Assembly (NCBI GenBank): GCA_965228735.1
Contig: OZ245838.1
Coordinates: forward strand, 2,240,001-2,304,000
DNA: 64,000 nucleotides
From: Planctomycetota bacterium
GTDB taxonomy: Bacteria > Planctomycetota > UBA1135 > UBA2386
Reading direction: 5' to 3'
This document shows, one piece after another, positions 38,690 to 48,810 of this stretch. The notes beneath the pieces were generated by a model. The model saw only the letters and a list, made by a program, of their open reading frames with translations. It was not told where the DNA came from and searched no databases. The position numbers and the translations under genes were made by a program. The number at the start of each line of letters is the position of its first letter. The first letter of the stretch is position 1.

Positions 38690-41611
38690 TCACTTGCCCA
38701 GGATCGCGTTCGCCCGGCGGCGGAGCTCGTGGGTGTCGATGTCGCGCTCCTGGAGGTCCTTCAGCGTGCGTTCGAGCAGCGCCGTGTCGATCTCGGCGGG
38801 CGGCAGGCGCAAGATCGCCGCGCAGAGGCGGACTCGCGTCCGGTTGTCGTGCGGCCACTGGGCGAGGAACCGCGACCGGAGCTCGATCTCCTCCGCGTGC
38901 CGGCCGAGCCGTTTCAGCAGACCCATCGCGGGATACCACGCCTCCTGCAGGCGCGGTTGATTGCGCCGCGCGTCCGCCAGCAACGCCAACGCCTCCTCGT
39001 TCTGGCCCGCCTGCATGCGGAGGCCGGCCAGGTTGACGCGTGCCTCGCCATCGTCGGGATCGAGCTCCATGACGCGCAGGAACGCCTCCTCCGCAGCCGC
39101 CGGCTTCTTCTGCGCCCGCCGAAGCTTGCCGAGTTCGCGATGGACGTCGGCGCTCTCTGCACCGAGCTCGAGTGAGCGCTGCACCGCCCGCTCGGCGCCG
39201 TCGAGGTCCCCGGCGCGACGGCGCGCCATCGCCAGCGACTTCCACCCATGCAGGCGCGTCGGCCACGCGCGGGTGACGAGGTCGAACGCCTCGGCGGCGT
39301 CGGCCGGCCGGCCCGCGCTCAACAGGATCGTCCCGCGCGCCGAATGGCAGGTGATGCTGCCCGGGCTGTGTTCACAGGCGCGTTCCGCATCGGCGAGCGC
39401 TTCGGGGATCCGACCGCGCGCGAGATGGAATCGCGCCCGCGACCACCACGGCGTCGCGGCGTTGGGGCCGGCCTTCATCGCCCGCTCGAAGGCGGCAAGC
39501 GCTTCCTCGGGTCGATCGAGGCGCCCCAGGACCCGGCCCTCGATCGCGATCGAGATGAAGTTGTCAGGGTTCAGCTGCAGAGCCTTCTGCACGGCTTCGT
39601 ATGCCTGCGCCGGCTCGCCCATCGCCAACAGTGCGCGGGCGAGGCCCTGCCAGACCACGCTCGCGTGCGGCGCGAGCTCGGCGACCTTCCGATACACGGC
39701 GAGCGCGCGCTCGGCGCTCTTGGCTTCCAGCGCCCGCGCGAAACGCGCGTGGATCTGCGGCAGATCGGGTTCGAGTTCCAGCGCCCGCATGAGATCCGCG
39801 AGCGCGGCATCGGGGTCGTAGTCGACGAGCGCGAACCCACACCAGTAGCGCGCGAACGCCGAGTCCGGCCAGAGCCGCCGCGTCGCGTCCGCCACGTCAC
39901 GAAGTTGCTGCCGATCGCCGAGATGCATCAGCGCGTGCAGGTGCTGGCAGTGGTACAGCGCCCGCGGCTCCGGCGCGCGCATGATCGCGCGGTGCATCGA
40001 ACGCGCAGCGGCGAAGTACTTCGTCCGGTCGCCGTCGTCGTGGCCCTCCTCGATCTGCAGCATTCCGCGCACGAACCAACCGAGGGCCGATTCGGGCTCG
40101 GGTGCCGCGCTGCGCAGTTCGAACTGCTCCGCAACGTCGGGCGCGATCGCACGGAGCTCGGCCAGATGCGCCCGCATGGCCTCGTCCTCGCCCGCCAGCC
40201 ACTTCGCGAAGACGATCCCGGCCACTGACTCCGGCAGATCCGGCACGAGGTCGTAGGCCGCCTGCGCGAGCGGTTCCGCGGTGTCCCCGAACCCGAAGTC
40301 CGCGCCCATCATGATCGTCTCGAGCAGCCGCTCGACCTCGACGATGCGCTCGGCCCGCGCCGCGCTCCGGATCCGCGGCAGTTCCCAGAACAGGTAGCCC
40401 GACACGACGAGGCCGGCGAAGACTGCCGCGAGCAGCCCGACGCGCTGCGGCTGCCGGCGGGCCGCCTGCCAGACGCGCGACGCGACCGTGCGACGCCGCG
40501 CCCGGACGGGCTGCAGATCGAGGAAGCGCCGCAGATCGGCCGCGAACGCCGCCATCGATTCGTAACGCGCGGCCGGCTGCTTCCGCATCGCCTTGTCGAG
40601 CACCGCGACGAGATCCGCCGGCAGCTCCTTCGTGCGCCCTCGCAGCAGGACCGGATCGTGATGCCGCACCCGTTCGAGAACGGCGTTCGTGCTCTCGGCC
40701 TCGAACGGGCGCGCACCGAGCAGGGTCTCGTAGAGCACGACCGCGAGCGAGAACACGTCCGATCGCGCGTCGACCGTCGCCTCGCCGGCGGCCTGCTCCG
40801 GTGACACGTAGTGCGGCGTGCCGAGGAAGTCCCCGCTCCGCGACAGGTGCGGATCGCTCATGTCACGCGCGAGCCCGAAGTCGCTGAGCAGAACGGTGCC
40901 GTCCCGACGCAGCAGCACGTTCGCGGGTTTGACGTCGCGATGCAGGATGCCCTCGTCGTGCGCGGCGCTCAGAGCCTCGGCAACGGTGAGGACGAGGCGC
41001 ACGGCCGCCTCGACGTGGCTGCGCCCGACGAGCCGTTCGCCCGCATCCGCCTCGCCGAGGCAGGACCGCACGGCCCGCGCGATGCTGCCGCCGTCGCGCC
41101 GCGGCTCGAGTGCCGCGAGCGCGTCGGCGAGCGAGCACCCATCGACGCACTCCATCGCGTGATAGGGCACCTCGTCGAAGAACCCGGCCTCGTAGACGGG
41201 CACGATGTGCGGGTGATTGAGACGACCGAGCAGCTCGCCCTCGCGCCGGAAGCGGGCGACCAGGTCGGGCCGCATCACGAGCGGCTGCGCGAGCACCTTG
41301 AGCGCGACCCGCCGACCGAGCGAACGCTGCACGGCCTCGTAGACGACCCCCATGCCGCCCCGGCCGATCTCACCGACGATGCGGAAGTCGCCGAACCCCT
41401 GCTCCGTCCCCGGTTCGGCGACGGACTCGTTCGTCTGCGCTTCCCCCTGGGCCGGCGACTCCTCGGCGAACATGGGCGCGAGCAGATCCCGAAGCGTCGG
41501 ATGCCGCTCGAGCAGTTCGGCATCGCTGCAATCGGGTTGCTCCTGATGCCGCAGCCACAACTCGAGCGCCTCGCTGAGCCGCTCCATGCCCGCGCGCGAC
41601 GGTTCGCTCAC
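38690..41611 (-). CDS. Membrane Ser/Thr protein kinase with many TPR repeats
   Basis: GRGGMGVV, VALK, HRDVKPANV, SDFGLA, GTPHYVSPEQ; TM VGLLAAVFAGLVVSGYLFW; TPRs. GTG 41611 coupled to the sigma stop (alternative ATG 41587). Confidence 0.93.
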   Translation of the reverse strand: MSEPSRAGMERLSEALELWLRHQEQPDCSDAELLERHPTLRDLLAPMFAEESPAQGEAQTNESVAEPGTEQGFGDFRIVGEIGRGGMGVVYEAVQRSLGRRVALKVLAQPLVMRPDLVARFRREGELLGRLNHPHIVPVYEAGFFDEVPYHAMECVDGCSLADALAALEPRRDGGSIARAVRSCLGEADAGERLVGRSHVEAAVRLVLTVAEALSAAHDEGILHRDVKPANVLLRRDGTVLLSDFGLARDMSDPHLSRSGDFLGTPHYVSPEQAAGEATVDARSDVFSLAVVLYETLLGARPFEAESTNAVLERVRHHDPVLLRGRTKELPADLVAVLDKAMRKQPAARYESMAAFAADLRRFLDLQPVRARRRTVASRVWQAARRQPQRVGLLAAVFAGLVVSGYLFWELPRIRSAARAERIVEVERLLETIMMGADFGFGDTAEPLAQAAYDLVPDLPESVAGIVFAKWLAGEDEAMRAHLAELRAIAPDVAEQFELRSAAPEPESALGWFVRGMLQIEEGHDDGDRTKYFAAARSMHRAIMRAPEPRALYHCQHLHALMHLGDRQQLRDVADATRRLWPDSAFARYWCGFALVDYDPDAALADLMRALELEPDLPQIHARFARALEAKSAERALAVYRKVAELAPHASVVWQGLARALLAMGEPAQAYEAVQKALQLNPDNFISIAIEGRVLGRLDRPEEALAAFERAMKAGPNAATPWWSRARFHLARGRIPEALADAERACEHSPGSITCHSARGTILLSAGRPADAAEAFDLVTRAWPTRLHGWKSLAMARRRAGDLDGAERAVQRSLELGAESADVHRELGKLRRAQKKPAAAEEAFLRVMELDPDDGEARVNLAGLRMQAGQNEEALALLADARRNQPRLQEAWYPAMGLLKRLGRHAEEIELRSRFLAQWPHDNRTRVRLCAAILRLPPAEIDTALLERTLKDLQERDIDTHELRRRANAILGK

Positions 41612-42222
41612 GACTCGAGCGCTCCGCTGCGCAACGCCTTCAACTGCAGCGCGAGCTTGGGCAGCGCGCGCTGGAACCGCATCCGCGCCGCGTCCTCGCT
41701 GAGCCCCATGCGCCGACCGATCTCGGCGAAGTCCAGCTCGTGCCATTGGCGCAGCATGAGGATCTTGCGGTCTTCGGGTTCGAGGAGTTCGAGCGCGAGG
41801 CGCACCCACGCGTCCTGCTCGTTCCTGGCCACCGCCGAACCCGGCTGGGTCACCGCCTTGCCGCCGCCATCGAGATCGAGCACCGAATCGGGCGGCAGCT
41901 CGCGCTCGCGGGCCGGCGCGCGCTTCTGCGCCGAGTGGAAGTCGTGCGCGTCGCGCAGGTGATTCTCGACGATGCGGGCAACGAGCGCGCGGAACCGCGC
42001 CCGGTCGTTCGTCAGGAAGCGCGGCACGTAGCCGAGCAGGCCGATGACCGCGTCCTGGACGTAGTCCATCGTTTCACCGCGCGCGCGCAGGAGAGCCCCG
42101 AGCCGGCCGTGCACGTAGTCACGAATCCAGGGCAGATCACGGGCCACCAGCGCGTCGATCGCGGCGCGATCGCCGGCGTGCCACTTCTGCAACAGGACTC
42201 GGGTGTCTTCGCTCTCGGCCAT
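41608..42222 (-). CDS. ECF sigma factor (kinase-associated type)
   Basis: LRARGETMDYVQDA; LELLEPEDRKILMLRQWHELDFAEIG...AARMRFQRAL. Confidence 0.92.
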   Translation of the reverse strand: MAESEDTRVLLQKWHAGDRAAIDALVARDLPWIRDYVHGRLGALLRARGETMDYVQDAVIGLLGYVPRFLTNDRARFRALVARIVENHLRDAHDFHSAQKRAPARERELPPDSVLDLDGGGKAVTQPGSAVARNEQDAWVRLALELLEPEDRKILMLRQWHELDFAEIGRRMGLSEDAARMRFQRALPKLALQLKALRSGALES

Positions 42223-42326
42223 CCGGGCTCGCCGAGGCGCGCTGTGTGTGACGGTCGCACACACCGCGCCGGCCACCCGGATGATCGGCGGTCGTGCCGG
42301 GGCTGGCAAGAGGCGCGCCCCGTTCG

Positions 42327-43385
42327 TCAGTTGTGATCGAAGAGCGTCACGACGCCCCAGTTGCGGTAGGCGTTGCCCGTCGGGGCGGTGGCGCTGGACT
42401 GGTTCCAGAGGATCGACATCGCGGGATCGATGCCGATCTGCATCTGATCACCGTTGCTGACCACGACGCCACCGGGCGCGAAGAAGTCGAAGCAGACGCA
42501 CTGGCTCGAGATCGTGAGATCGTTGAACAGGCGGTCGTTCGGGATCGGCACGGAGAACGTGTAGTTGCCGCTCGCGTTCGTGGTCGCCGCGACCGAGAAC
42601 AGGTTCACGAGCGAGACCTGCCCCATGCAGAGCGGGTTGATGGCGGGAAAGAACGGCTGCATCGCGTACGGCGCCTGCAGCGGCTGACCGAGGTTGATGA
42701 ACCAACCGGCCAACTGGCTCGCCGGCGCGTCGCGGAGATCGCAGTACCAGGTCTGTCCGACTCGCGTCGGCCGACTGTCCAGCTCGGGGATCTCGTTCCC
42801 GGAGTGGGCGCAACCGTCGGGCCCCTGGATGTTCGGCGACAGGAACTGGCAACGGTCGAGCGGGTAGCTGAACGAGGCGCCGCCGTTGTTGTTGGCGATG
42901 ACGCGCCACTCGACGAGCAGGTTCTCGCTCGGGTCGAACGTGTACGGCGTCGTGAGCGTCAGCCAGATGTACGGATCCTCAGGGTTGGGGTTCAGCACGT
43001 TGTTGAGGTCGGGCATCGTGAACAACGCCGGCCCGAATACCGTCGTCGGCGAACCGAGGTAGTTGGCGTCGTAGTTCGTCAGCATCGAATCGGCGTCTTC
43101 CTGCGTCTGGCCCATCCGGACCTCGAGCTGCAGGGACCTGCCGTACGCGATCTGGGTGCCGTTCGCCCGGAAGCCGATCCGGGTGATCTGGCGACCGGCC
43201 GGGACGGTGATGTCCCACGACTCGTAGAGCGCCATCATGCGACTCACGCCGGACGAGTACGGGAACCAGTTCTGCGACGAGAAGCCGTCGGGAACGGCTG
43301 CATGGTCACTCGGGAAGGTCGCGGTGCCCTGCGCGAGCAGGCTGGTGGTGAACACGAGGAGAGCGATTGGACGGATGGATTTCAT
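42327..43385 (-). CDS. Secreted protein with the shared domain followed by a short tail
   Basis: MKSIRPIALLVFTTSLLA-Q signal; GPDGC...VPIPND...ISSQ...VSNG...IG, then about 30 extra residues. Confidence 0.75.
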   Translation of the reverse strand: MKSIRPIALLVFTTSLLAQGTATFPSDHAAVPDGFSSQNWFPYSSGVSRMMALYESWDITVPAGRQITRIGFRANGTQIAYGRSLQLEVRMGQTQEDADSMLTNYDANYLGSPTTVFGPALFTMPDLNNVLNPNPEDPYIWLTLTTPYTFDPSENLLVEWRVIANNNGGASFSYPLDRCQFLSPNIQGPDGCAHSGNEIPELDSRPTRVGQTWYCDLRDAPASQLAGWFINLGQPLQAPYAMQPFFPAINPLCMGQVSLVNLFSVAATTNASGNYTFSVPIPNDRLFNDLTISSQCVCFDFFAPGGVVVSNGDQMQIGIDPAMSILWNQSSATAPTGNAYRNWGVVTLFDHN

Positions 43386-43661
43386 GGCTCGATCTGGGGG
43401 CACGGCAGCGGATTCCGCCGGCCCGACCCTGATGAGCGGGATCGCGGCCAGCCACCGAACGGGCGATCACGGTTTTTCGGCGACGTTTCGGATTCGCGCG
43501 CGATCCGGCCGCAGCGCGATCACCGCCGCCGCGAGCCGCGTGGCGACGCCAACCCCCTCAGTGACATGAGAACCTCACCGCGACCGGCAACCCCGATTGT
43601 TGGCCGACCGAATGCCGGGAACGCGTTCAGGCCACCGACCGCCACCCATTGGCCACCACTC

Positions 43662-44159
43662 ATGACCGACATGTCCGACACCGCCACCGTTCCCGAACTC
43701 ACCACCATCCGTGAGCAGCACACCAGTTCGCTGCGTTTCAACGTCATGCCCGGCAAGCCGGTCGAGGAGGACCTTCAGGTCCGCGAGTATCGCGTCGGCA
43801 AGCGCTACGCCGAGGCCCACTTCGACCGCACCTACCGCAGTTCGATGCAGGCGAGCCCGAGCCATCTGATCTTCCTGTCCGTGCAGATCCACACGCAGAA
43901 GGTGCTCTACCTGCTGCTCTGCCGCGAGTTCGGCTTCGAGTACGACCCGGACGGGCCGGAGCGACTCAAGATGTGGCCGACCAAGTTGAACGTCGCGATC
44001 CCGGAGCTCATCGCCGAAGAACGCGATCTCGTGCAACGGGTCTGGATCCGCAAGATCCGCAAGATCCGCAAGATCCGCGACAAGGCCTACAAGGTCTCGA
44101 TCGAGACCCGCGTGGGCTCGCTCAAGGTCGAGGCCGACGTTCCGACGTTCCTGCTCTGA
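43662..44159 (+). CDS. Hypothetical protein, possible hot-dog fold (thioesterase/dehydratase-like)
   Basis: 165 aa with typical codon usage; central SPSHLIFLSVQIHTQKVLY helix followed by beta-strand pattern. The fold is a guess. Confidence 0.6.
   Translation: MTDMSDTATVPELTTIREQHTSSLRFNVMPGKPVEEDLQVREYRVGKRYAEAHFDRTYRSSMQASPSHLIFLSVQIHTQKVLYLLLCREFGFEYDPDGPERLKMWPTKLNVAIPELIAEERDLVQRVWIRKIRKIRKIRDKAYKVSIETRVGSLKVEADVPTFLL
44045..44078 (+). repeat. Perfect 9-bp tandem repeat (gatccgcaa)x3 plus gatccgc, in-frame IRKIRKIRKIR
   Basis: Read directly from the sequence. Confidence 0.9.
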
Positions 44160-44172
44160 GCCCGAGGCCCGC

Positions 44173-44778
44173 ATGATGCTGCTCGAGACCATTGGAGTCG
44201 TCGCGTTCCTCGCCATCGGCGTCGGCTCGCATCGACTGTACGAGCCGGACCACCGCAGCCGCGGCTACGCGGCCGGGCGGCCCGGCCCGATCCCGTCCCC
44301 CCGCGGCTTCCGCGGCGTCTATCACTGGATCCGAAGCTCGACGATCGCGATCGGCATCACCGCGCTGCTCGTCGACCACCCCGCCCTGCTCCCTTTCCAC
44401 CGCTCGTCGATCCTGCTGCTGGTCGGCGTCGTGATCGCGATCATGGGCTTCGGCGTGTTCGCGGCCGCGAAGCGCACGCTCGGCCGCCACTACGCGCCGT
44501 GCTTCGACGCCTACCTGCCGACGAGCATCGTGCGAACCGGACCCTACCGCTTCGTACGGCACCCGATCTACACGGCCAACCTCACGACGATGGCCGGCCT
44601 CACGATCGCGTCCGGCAGCGGCTGGCTGTTGGCCAACACGCTGCTGCTCGGCGCCTACTACTGGCGCACGGCGCAGATCGAGGAACGTGCGCTCCTGATC
44701 CGGGTCGACGGCTACGCGGAGTACGCGCGGGTGACAGGTCGATTCCTGCCGCGCGCGTGGACTCGACGGGCGGCGTGA
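44173..44778 (+). CDS. Isoprenylcysteine carboxyl methyltransferase (ICMT/Ste14/PEMT) family membrane protein
   Basis: IVRTGPYRFVRHPIYT and EERAL motifs; several TM helices. Confidence 0.88.
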   Translation: MMLLETIGVVAFLAIGVGSHRLYEPDHRSRGYAAGRPGPIPSPRGFRGVYHWIRSSTIAIGITALLVDHPALLPFHRSSILLLVGVVIAIMGFGVFAAAKRTLGRHYAPCFDAYLPTSIVRTGPYRFVRHPIYTANLTTMAGLTIASGSGWLLANTLLLGAYYWRTAQIEERALLIRVDGYAEYARVTGRFLPRAWTRRAA

Positions 44779-44793
44779 GCCGCCCGCGCACTG

Positions 44794-45150
44794 TCAGGCC
44801 GTCTTGGTCTCGGCACTGAAGTAGCGCACGAACGTGCTGCCATGGTGCAGCGACAGCGCCGCACCGGCCTTCGTCTGATCCCACCCCGTGTCGCTCTGAC
44901 GCGAGAAGACCACGACGGTGGTCGAGAGCTTGTAGCCGTCGGGCCAGGCGCCGTCAGCCATCGCGTCCTCGGCAGCAGATCGAGCCGCGTCGAAGAGATG
45001 CATGTTCTGCGTATCGAGATTCATCGCCTCTTCGACCTCGGCCGCGAGCTTGGCCTTGAACAGGTCATAACAGTCGGCACCAACGCCGGTGGGGTCGTAC
45101 TTCCTTCCTTCCGAGTCCGAGCACTTCGGTTCAATCGCGATCTCAGGCAT
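44794..45150 (-). CDS. Hypothetical protein
   Basis: ATG 45150 with GGAGA RBS, overlapping the upstream gene end. Confidence 0.6.
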   Translation of the reverse strand: MPEIAIEPKCSDSEGRKYDPTGVGADCYDLFKAKLAAEVEEAMNLDTQNMHLFDAARSAAEDAMADGAWPDGYKLSTTVVVFSRQSDTGWDQTKAGAALSLHHGSTFVRYFSAETKTA

Positions 45151-46294
45151 GAGCTTCTCCGTTGGGATGATGGGCCTCGCGACCGATGTCATCGCGCAAG
45201 GCGTGGGCACACAACAAACTGAATCGTTCCGACAACGCGGCGCAGCCGGCCTGGGTCACCCCGTCGTAGCTGTTTCGCAAGCGCTGCAGCCGAGCCGTTG
45301 AGAACCGGCGCTCGTCGCGCCAGGCGAAGCCATAGCTGCCGAACGTCCGGCAACCGCCGTTCCAGTACAGCTCGAGGAACATCTCGGCCGTTCGCACGAA
45401 CACCGGCAGGACCTTTTCCCATACGGCGTGCCTGGCGCTGGCCTCGTCGCGACCGATCATGAACAGGGCGAACTCGGCCAGGAGGAAGTAGTTCAACCCG
45501 TTGGGCGCCCCATGGGTCTCGAGCCGGCTGACGTCACCAGTCGCGGCCCGCGGAATCTCCAGGTCACCGCACGTGAACCGCTCGAAGGCCCGGTCGATCT
45601 TCTCATACGTCTTGGGATCGTCGAGGCTGCCGAAGTGCTCGAAGAGCTCACAGATATCCTCGCCGACTCCGAGTGCGAACTCGACCGTCTTGCTCGCGGG
45701 CTCGTCATCCGACACGTCCGCACATCCGATCCGCAGCCTGGCTCGCGTCTTGAGCCCGATGCTCAACAGGTAGGTCAGGGTGTTCATCAGGCGCGCCGCC
45801 TTGGGGCTCAGAAGGCGCGGGTGACTCATCCGATCGAGCTCGTAGAAGAACCGCATCGCCGCGGCCTTCGGCTCCGACCTGGAGTTGGCGTGCGTCGCCG
45901 CCGCCTCGTCGCGTTCGACCTCCCGCACCCGTTCCTCGCGACGCGCGAAGATCTCCTCCGTGGTCAGCTCAGCAGGCGTCGGATCGCTCGCATCTTTCGG
46001 GGGCGGATCCCAGACCGTGTTCGCGACGACCGGCGGTTCATCCGTCCAGTCGATCTTCACGCTCGGCGCGTCGCGGTCGAAATCTGCGGCTGCATCGATC
46101 TCGAACGTGAACTCGCGCTGCTCCACGTCTCGCGGCGTGACCGTTTCGCCCGCGAACGCCACGCTCTGGATCCGCGCGCGGTTCGACGCCAGTTGCACCG
46201 TCACCCGCCGCGGGGATTCGGAGTCCGGCGGCGCCAGCGGGAGGACGGCGAGTTGCCGGCAACGGGAGAGGTTCGCGGAGTAGTCGAAGGCCAT
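45143..46294 (-). CDS. Hypothetical protein
   Basis: Starts 5 nt after the kinase stop (MAFDYSANL...); 383 aa; no recognised motif. Confidence 0.65.
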   Translation of the reverse strand: MAFDYSANLSRCRQLAVLPLAPPDSESPRRVTVQLASNRARIQSVAFAGETVTPRDVEQREFTFEIDAAADFDRDAPSVKIDWTDEPPVVANTVWDPPPKDASDPTPAELTTEEIFARREERVREVERDEAAATHANSRSEPKAAAMRFFYELDRMSHPRLLSPKAARLMNTLTYLLSIGLKTRARLRIGCADVSDDEPASKTVEFALGVGEDICELFEHFGSLDDPKTYEKIDRAFERFTCGDLEIPRAATGDVSRLETHGAPNGLNYFLLAEFALFMIGRDEASARHAVWEKVLPVFVRTAEMFLELYWNGGCRTFGSYGFAWRDERRFSTARLQRLRNSYDGVTQAGCAALSERFSLLCAHALRDDIGREAHHPNGEAHA

Positions 46295-46299
46295 CGGTC

Positions 46300-48810
46300 C
46301 TACCGGGCAGAGCGGGCACAACGGAACCCGCGGTTGTAGTTGGCGTAGCTGTCCTCGGGACCACCGCGCATGATCATCGTGAGCGTGCTGCGCCGCGGTT
46401 CGGCGGTCCAATCCTCACCGGCGACGAGCCGGGTTCCGAAGCGTGCCACGAGCCGATCCCCGACGCGCTCGGGCGCGAGGCTCTCGCACCACTCGGACAC
46501 GTTGCCGAGCAGGTGATGGATGCCGGTCGCCGTGGCAGCCTCCGGCGCCGACCGCACCGCGACCGCCCGCTCGAAGTAGCGATCGAGCTTCTCGGTCATG
46601 GTCGTCGTCGAGACCACGGACTGGCGCGTGTTGCCGCGATAGCTGCCGTCATGATCCGGCCACGGGAACTCGCGGCCCTCCTCGCCGCGCGCCGCGAGCA
46701 TCCACTCGGCGTGGCTCGGCAACCGCTTGCCGACCCACTCGGCGTAGTCCCGGGCGTCCACCCAGCTCACGAACGCGACCGGCAGCAGGTCCTCGGGCGA
46801 ACCCGCGACGACCCGCGCCAAGTGCGGCGGTTGGCGCTTCTGCGGATGCGCCGCCAGGAACGCCCGGTAGTCCGCGTTCGACACTTCGTAGCGGTCGATC
46901 CAGAACGGCCGCACGGTGAGCACCTTGCCGTTGATGCCGGACATGTTCGCGGCGGCGTCCCGGTAGGCAATCTCGCCGCGCTCGATCCGCACCATGTCGT
47001 CGGTGCCGGTCAACTCACGGATCGTCGACTGGATCCTGAGCTCGGGGGCCATCCGCCGAGTCTGGCGCGTGAACTCGCGAACGCCGAGCGTCGCCGTCGC
47101 GACGCGGATTCGAACGAGCCCGATCGGCAGCTCGTGCCGCTCGACCGGCAACGCCCCGAGCGGCACGAACTCGCCGGGCTGCCCCGTGATCGGATCGAGC
47201 AGCGCGTACGACGCGTCGCCCTGGACCGCGGCCCCAGCGTCATCGAGCAGCCGCACCGTCAACCGCGGCGCGAACGGATTCTCGTCCAGCGCCGCCACGT
47301 GCTCCGGCTCCTCCCGGAACAGGATCGCCAGGTTCCCGCGGATGCCGCGCGCCTGCAGGACGAGCGCGTCGTCACCTTCGGCGAGGCCGCGCGCGAGCGA
47401 GTCGGCTGCGGAGCGCTCCCACTCGCGCCGCAGCTCCTGGACTCGCGCCTCGATCTCGCGCACCAGCGCCGCGACCGCCGGGCCGGCTGCGTCTTCCCGC
47501 AGGATCTCGGCATCCCGCCGCAACCGCAGGAGATCCTGCAGGTCCGCGCGATCGAACCTATCGAGCGTCGCCCGACACCGCGTCACCACGTCATCGCGAG
47601 CCGTGCGCCTTGCCTCGACCGTCGACCACCACCAACCGCCGGTCGCGAACAGGATCGCGCCGAGACCGATGGCAGCGCCCCGGGCGTGACGCACGGCGAA
47701 CCGTCGGGTCCGCTGCCAGACGGTCGGCGGCTTGGCGTCGATCGCTTCGAAGCGCAGGAAACGCCGCAGGTCGGCGCCGAGCGCGGCCGCGTTGCGGTAC
47801 CGATCTTCGGGATCGCGTTGCATCGCCTTGCGTACGATCAGCTCGAGGTCACGCGGGATCGACGGATTCAGACGCCGCACGGGCCGCGCCTCGGAAGTGC
47901 GGATGCGGTGCCAGATCTCCGCCGGTGAGTCGCCCTTGAACGGCTGTTCGAGCGTGAGGCACTCGTAAAGCACGACGCCGAGCGAGTAGACGTCCGTGCG
48001 CGCGTCGACGGACGCCTGGGCCGCCGTCGTCTGCTCCGGGCTCATGTAGTGCACGGTGCCCGCGAACGTGCCGGTCATGGTCGCGTTCCCGAGCAGCTCG
48101 TCACGCGCCAGCCCGAAGTCGACGATGTGAAGCTCCCGATGCTCGCGATCCACGAGCAGGTTCTGCGGCTTGATGTCACGGTGCACGATCCCCGCGGCAT
48201 GCGCGTGCTGCAACGCGTCCGCCGCATCGGCACACAGGGTCGCGACGATCCGAACATGTTCGGGCTCCCCGGGCCGCGGCAGGAGCGCCGCCGCCGAGCG
48301 CGCGCGCTGCAGCTTGATCTCCTTGCCGAGATCGTGCCCCTCGATGAGATCCATCGAGAACCAGTTGGTCGGTCCTTCGTGCCCCGTCGCGTGGATGCCG
48401 ACGATGTTGGGGTGATGCAACCGCGCGATGCGCTGCGGCTCGGAGCGAAACCGGTTCAACTGCCCCGGCGTCGTCGTGATCCCGGCTTCGAGCACCTTGA
48501 CGGCCACGTCGCGCTGCAGCTTCACGTCGCGCGCCCGGAACACCGTCCCGGTCGAGCCGCGCCCGATCACTTCGACGAGCACGTGACCGGCGAGCTCGCG
48601 GCCGGCTGGCGGCGGCTCCGGATCCTCGACGCGCGGTCGCCCGGGCTCGAGTTCGCCGCTCTCGAGCTCGACGGCGAGCAGCGACATCACCTCGTGATAC
48701 AGCGCCTCGTCGTCGCCACACGCGGCGCGGACGAACGCCTCGCGCTCGTTCTCCGGTCGCTCCCGAGCTTCCCCGTGGATCTCGCTGACCCGCTCCCAGC
48801 GATCCGTCAT
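46300..48810 (-). CDS. Ser/Thr kinase fused to a formylglycine-generating-enzyme (SUMF1)-fold domain
   Basis: GRGSTGTV, VAVK, HRDIKPQNL, VDFGLA, YMSPEQ; TM; FWIDRYEVSNADY, RLPSHAEW, HLLGNVSEW, GFRCA. ATG overlaps the sigma stop. Confidence 0.92.
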   Translation of the reverse strand: MTDRWERVSEIHGEARERPENEREAFVRAACGDDEALYHEVMSLLAVELESGELEPGRPRVEDPEPPPAGRELAGHVLVEVIGRGSTGTVFRARDVKLQRDVAVKVLEAGITTTPGQLNRFRSEPQRIARLHHPNIVGIHATGHEGPTNWFSMDLIEGHDLGKEIKLQRARSAAALLPRPGEPEHVRIVATLCADAADALQHAHAAGIVHRDIKPQNLLVDREHRELHIVDFGLARDELLGNATMTGTFAGTVHYMSPEQTTAAQASVDARTDVYSLGVVLYECLTLEQPFKGDSPAEIWHRIRTSEARPVRRLNPSIPRDLELIVRKAMQRDPEDRYRNAAALGADLRRFLRFEAIDAKPPTVWQRTRRFAVRHARGAAIGLGAILFATGGWWWSTVEARRTARDDVVTRCRATLDRFDRADLQDLLRLRRDAEILREDAAGPAVAALVREIEARVQELRREWERSAADSLARGLAEGDDALVLQARGIRGNLAILFREEPEHVAALDENPFAPRLTVRLLDDAGAAVQGDASYALLDPITGQPGEFVPLGALPVERHELPIGLVRIRVATATLGVREFTRQTRRMAPELRIQSTIRELTGTDDMVRIERGEIAYRDAAANMSGINGKVLTVRPFWIDRYEVSNADYRAFLAAHPQKRQPPHLARVVAGSPEDLLPVAFVSWVDARDYAEWVGKRLPSHAEWMLAARGEEGREFPWPDHDGSYRGNTRQSVVSTTTMTEKLDRYFERAVAVRSAPEAATATGIHHLLGNVSEWCESLAPERVGDRLVARFGTRLVAGEDWTAEPRRSTLTMIMRGGPEDSYANYNRGFRCARSAR

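Noticed and set aside
46300..47020. FGE domain as the maturase of the sulfatase at 29003-30454
   Set aside because: Catalytic cysteines are absent and the domain lies beyond a TM helix on a kinase 16 kb away.
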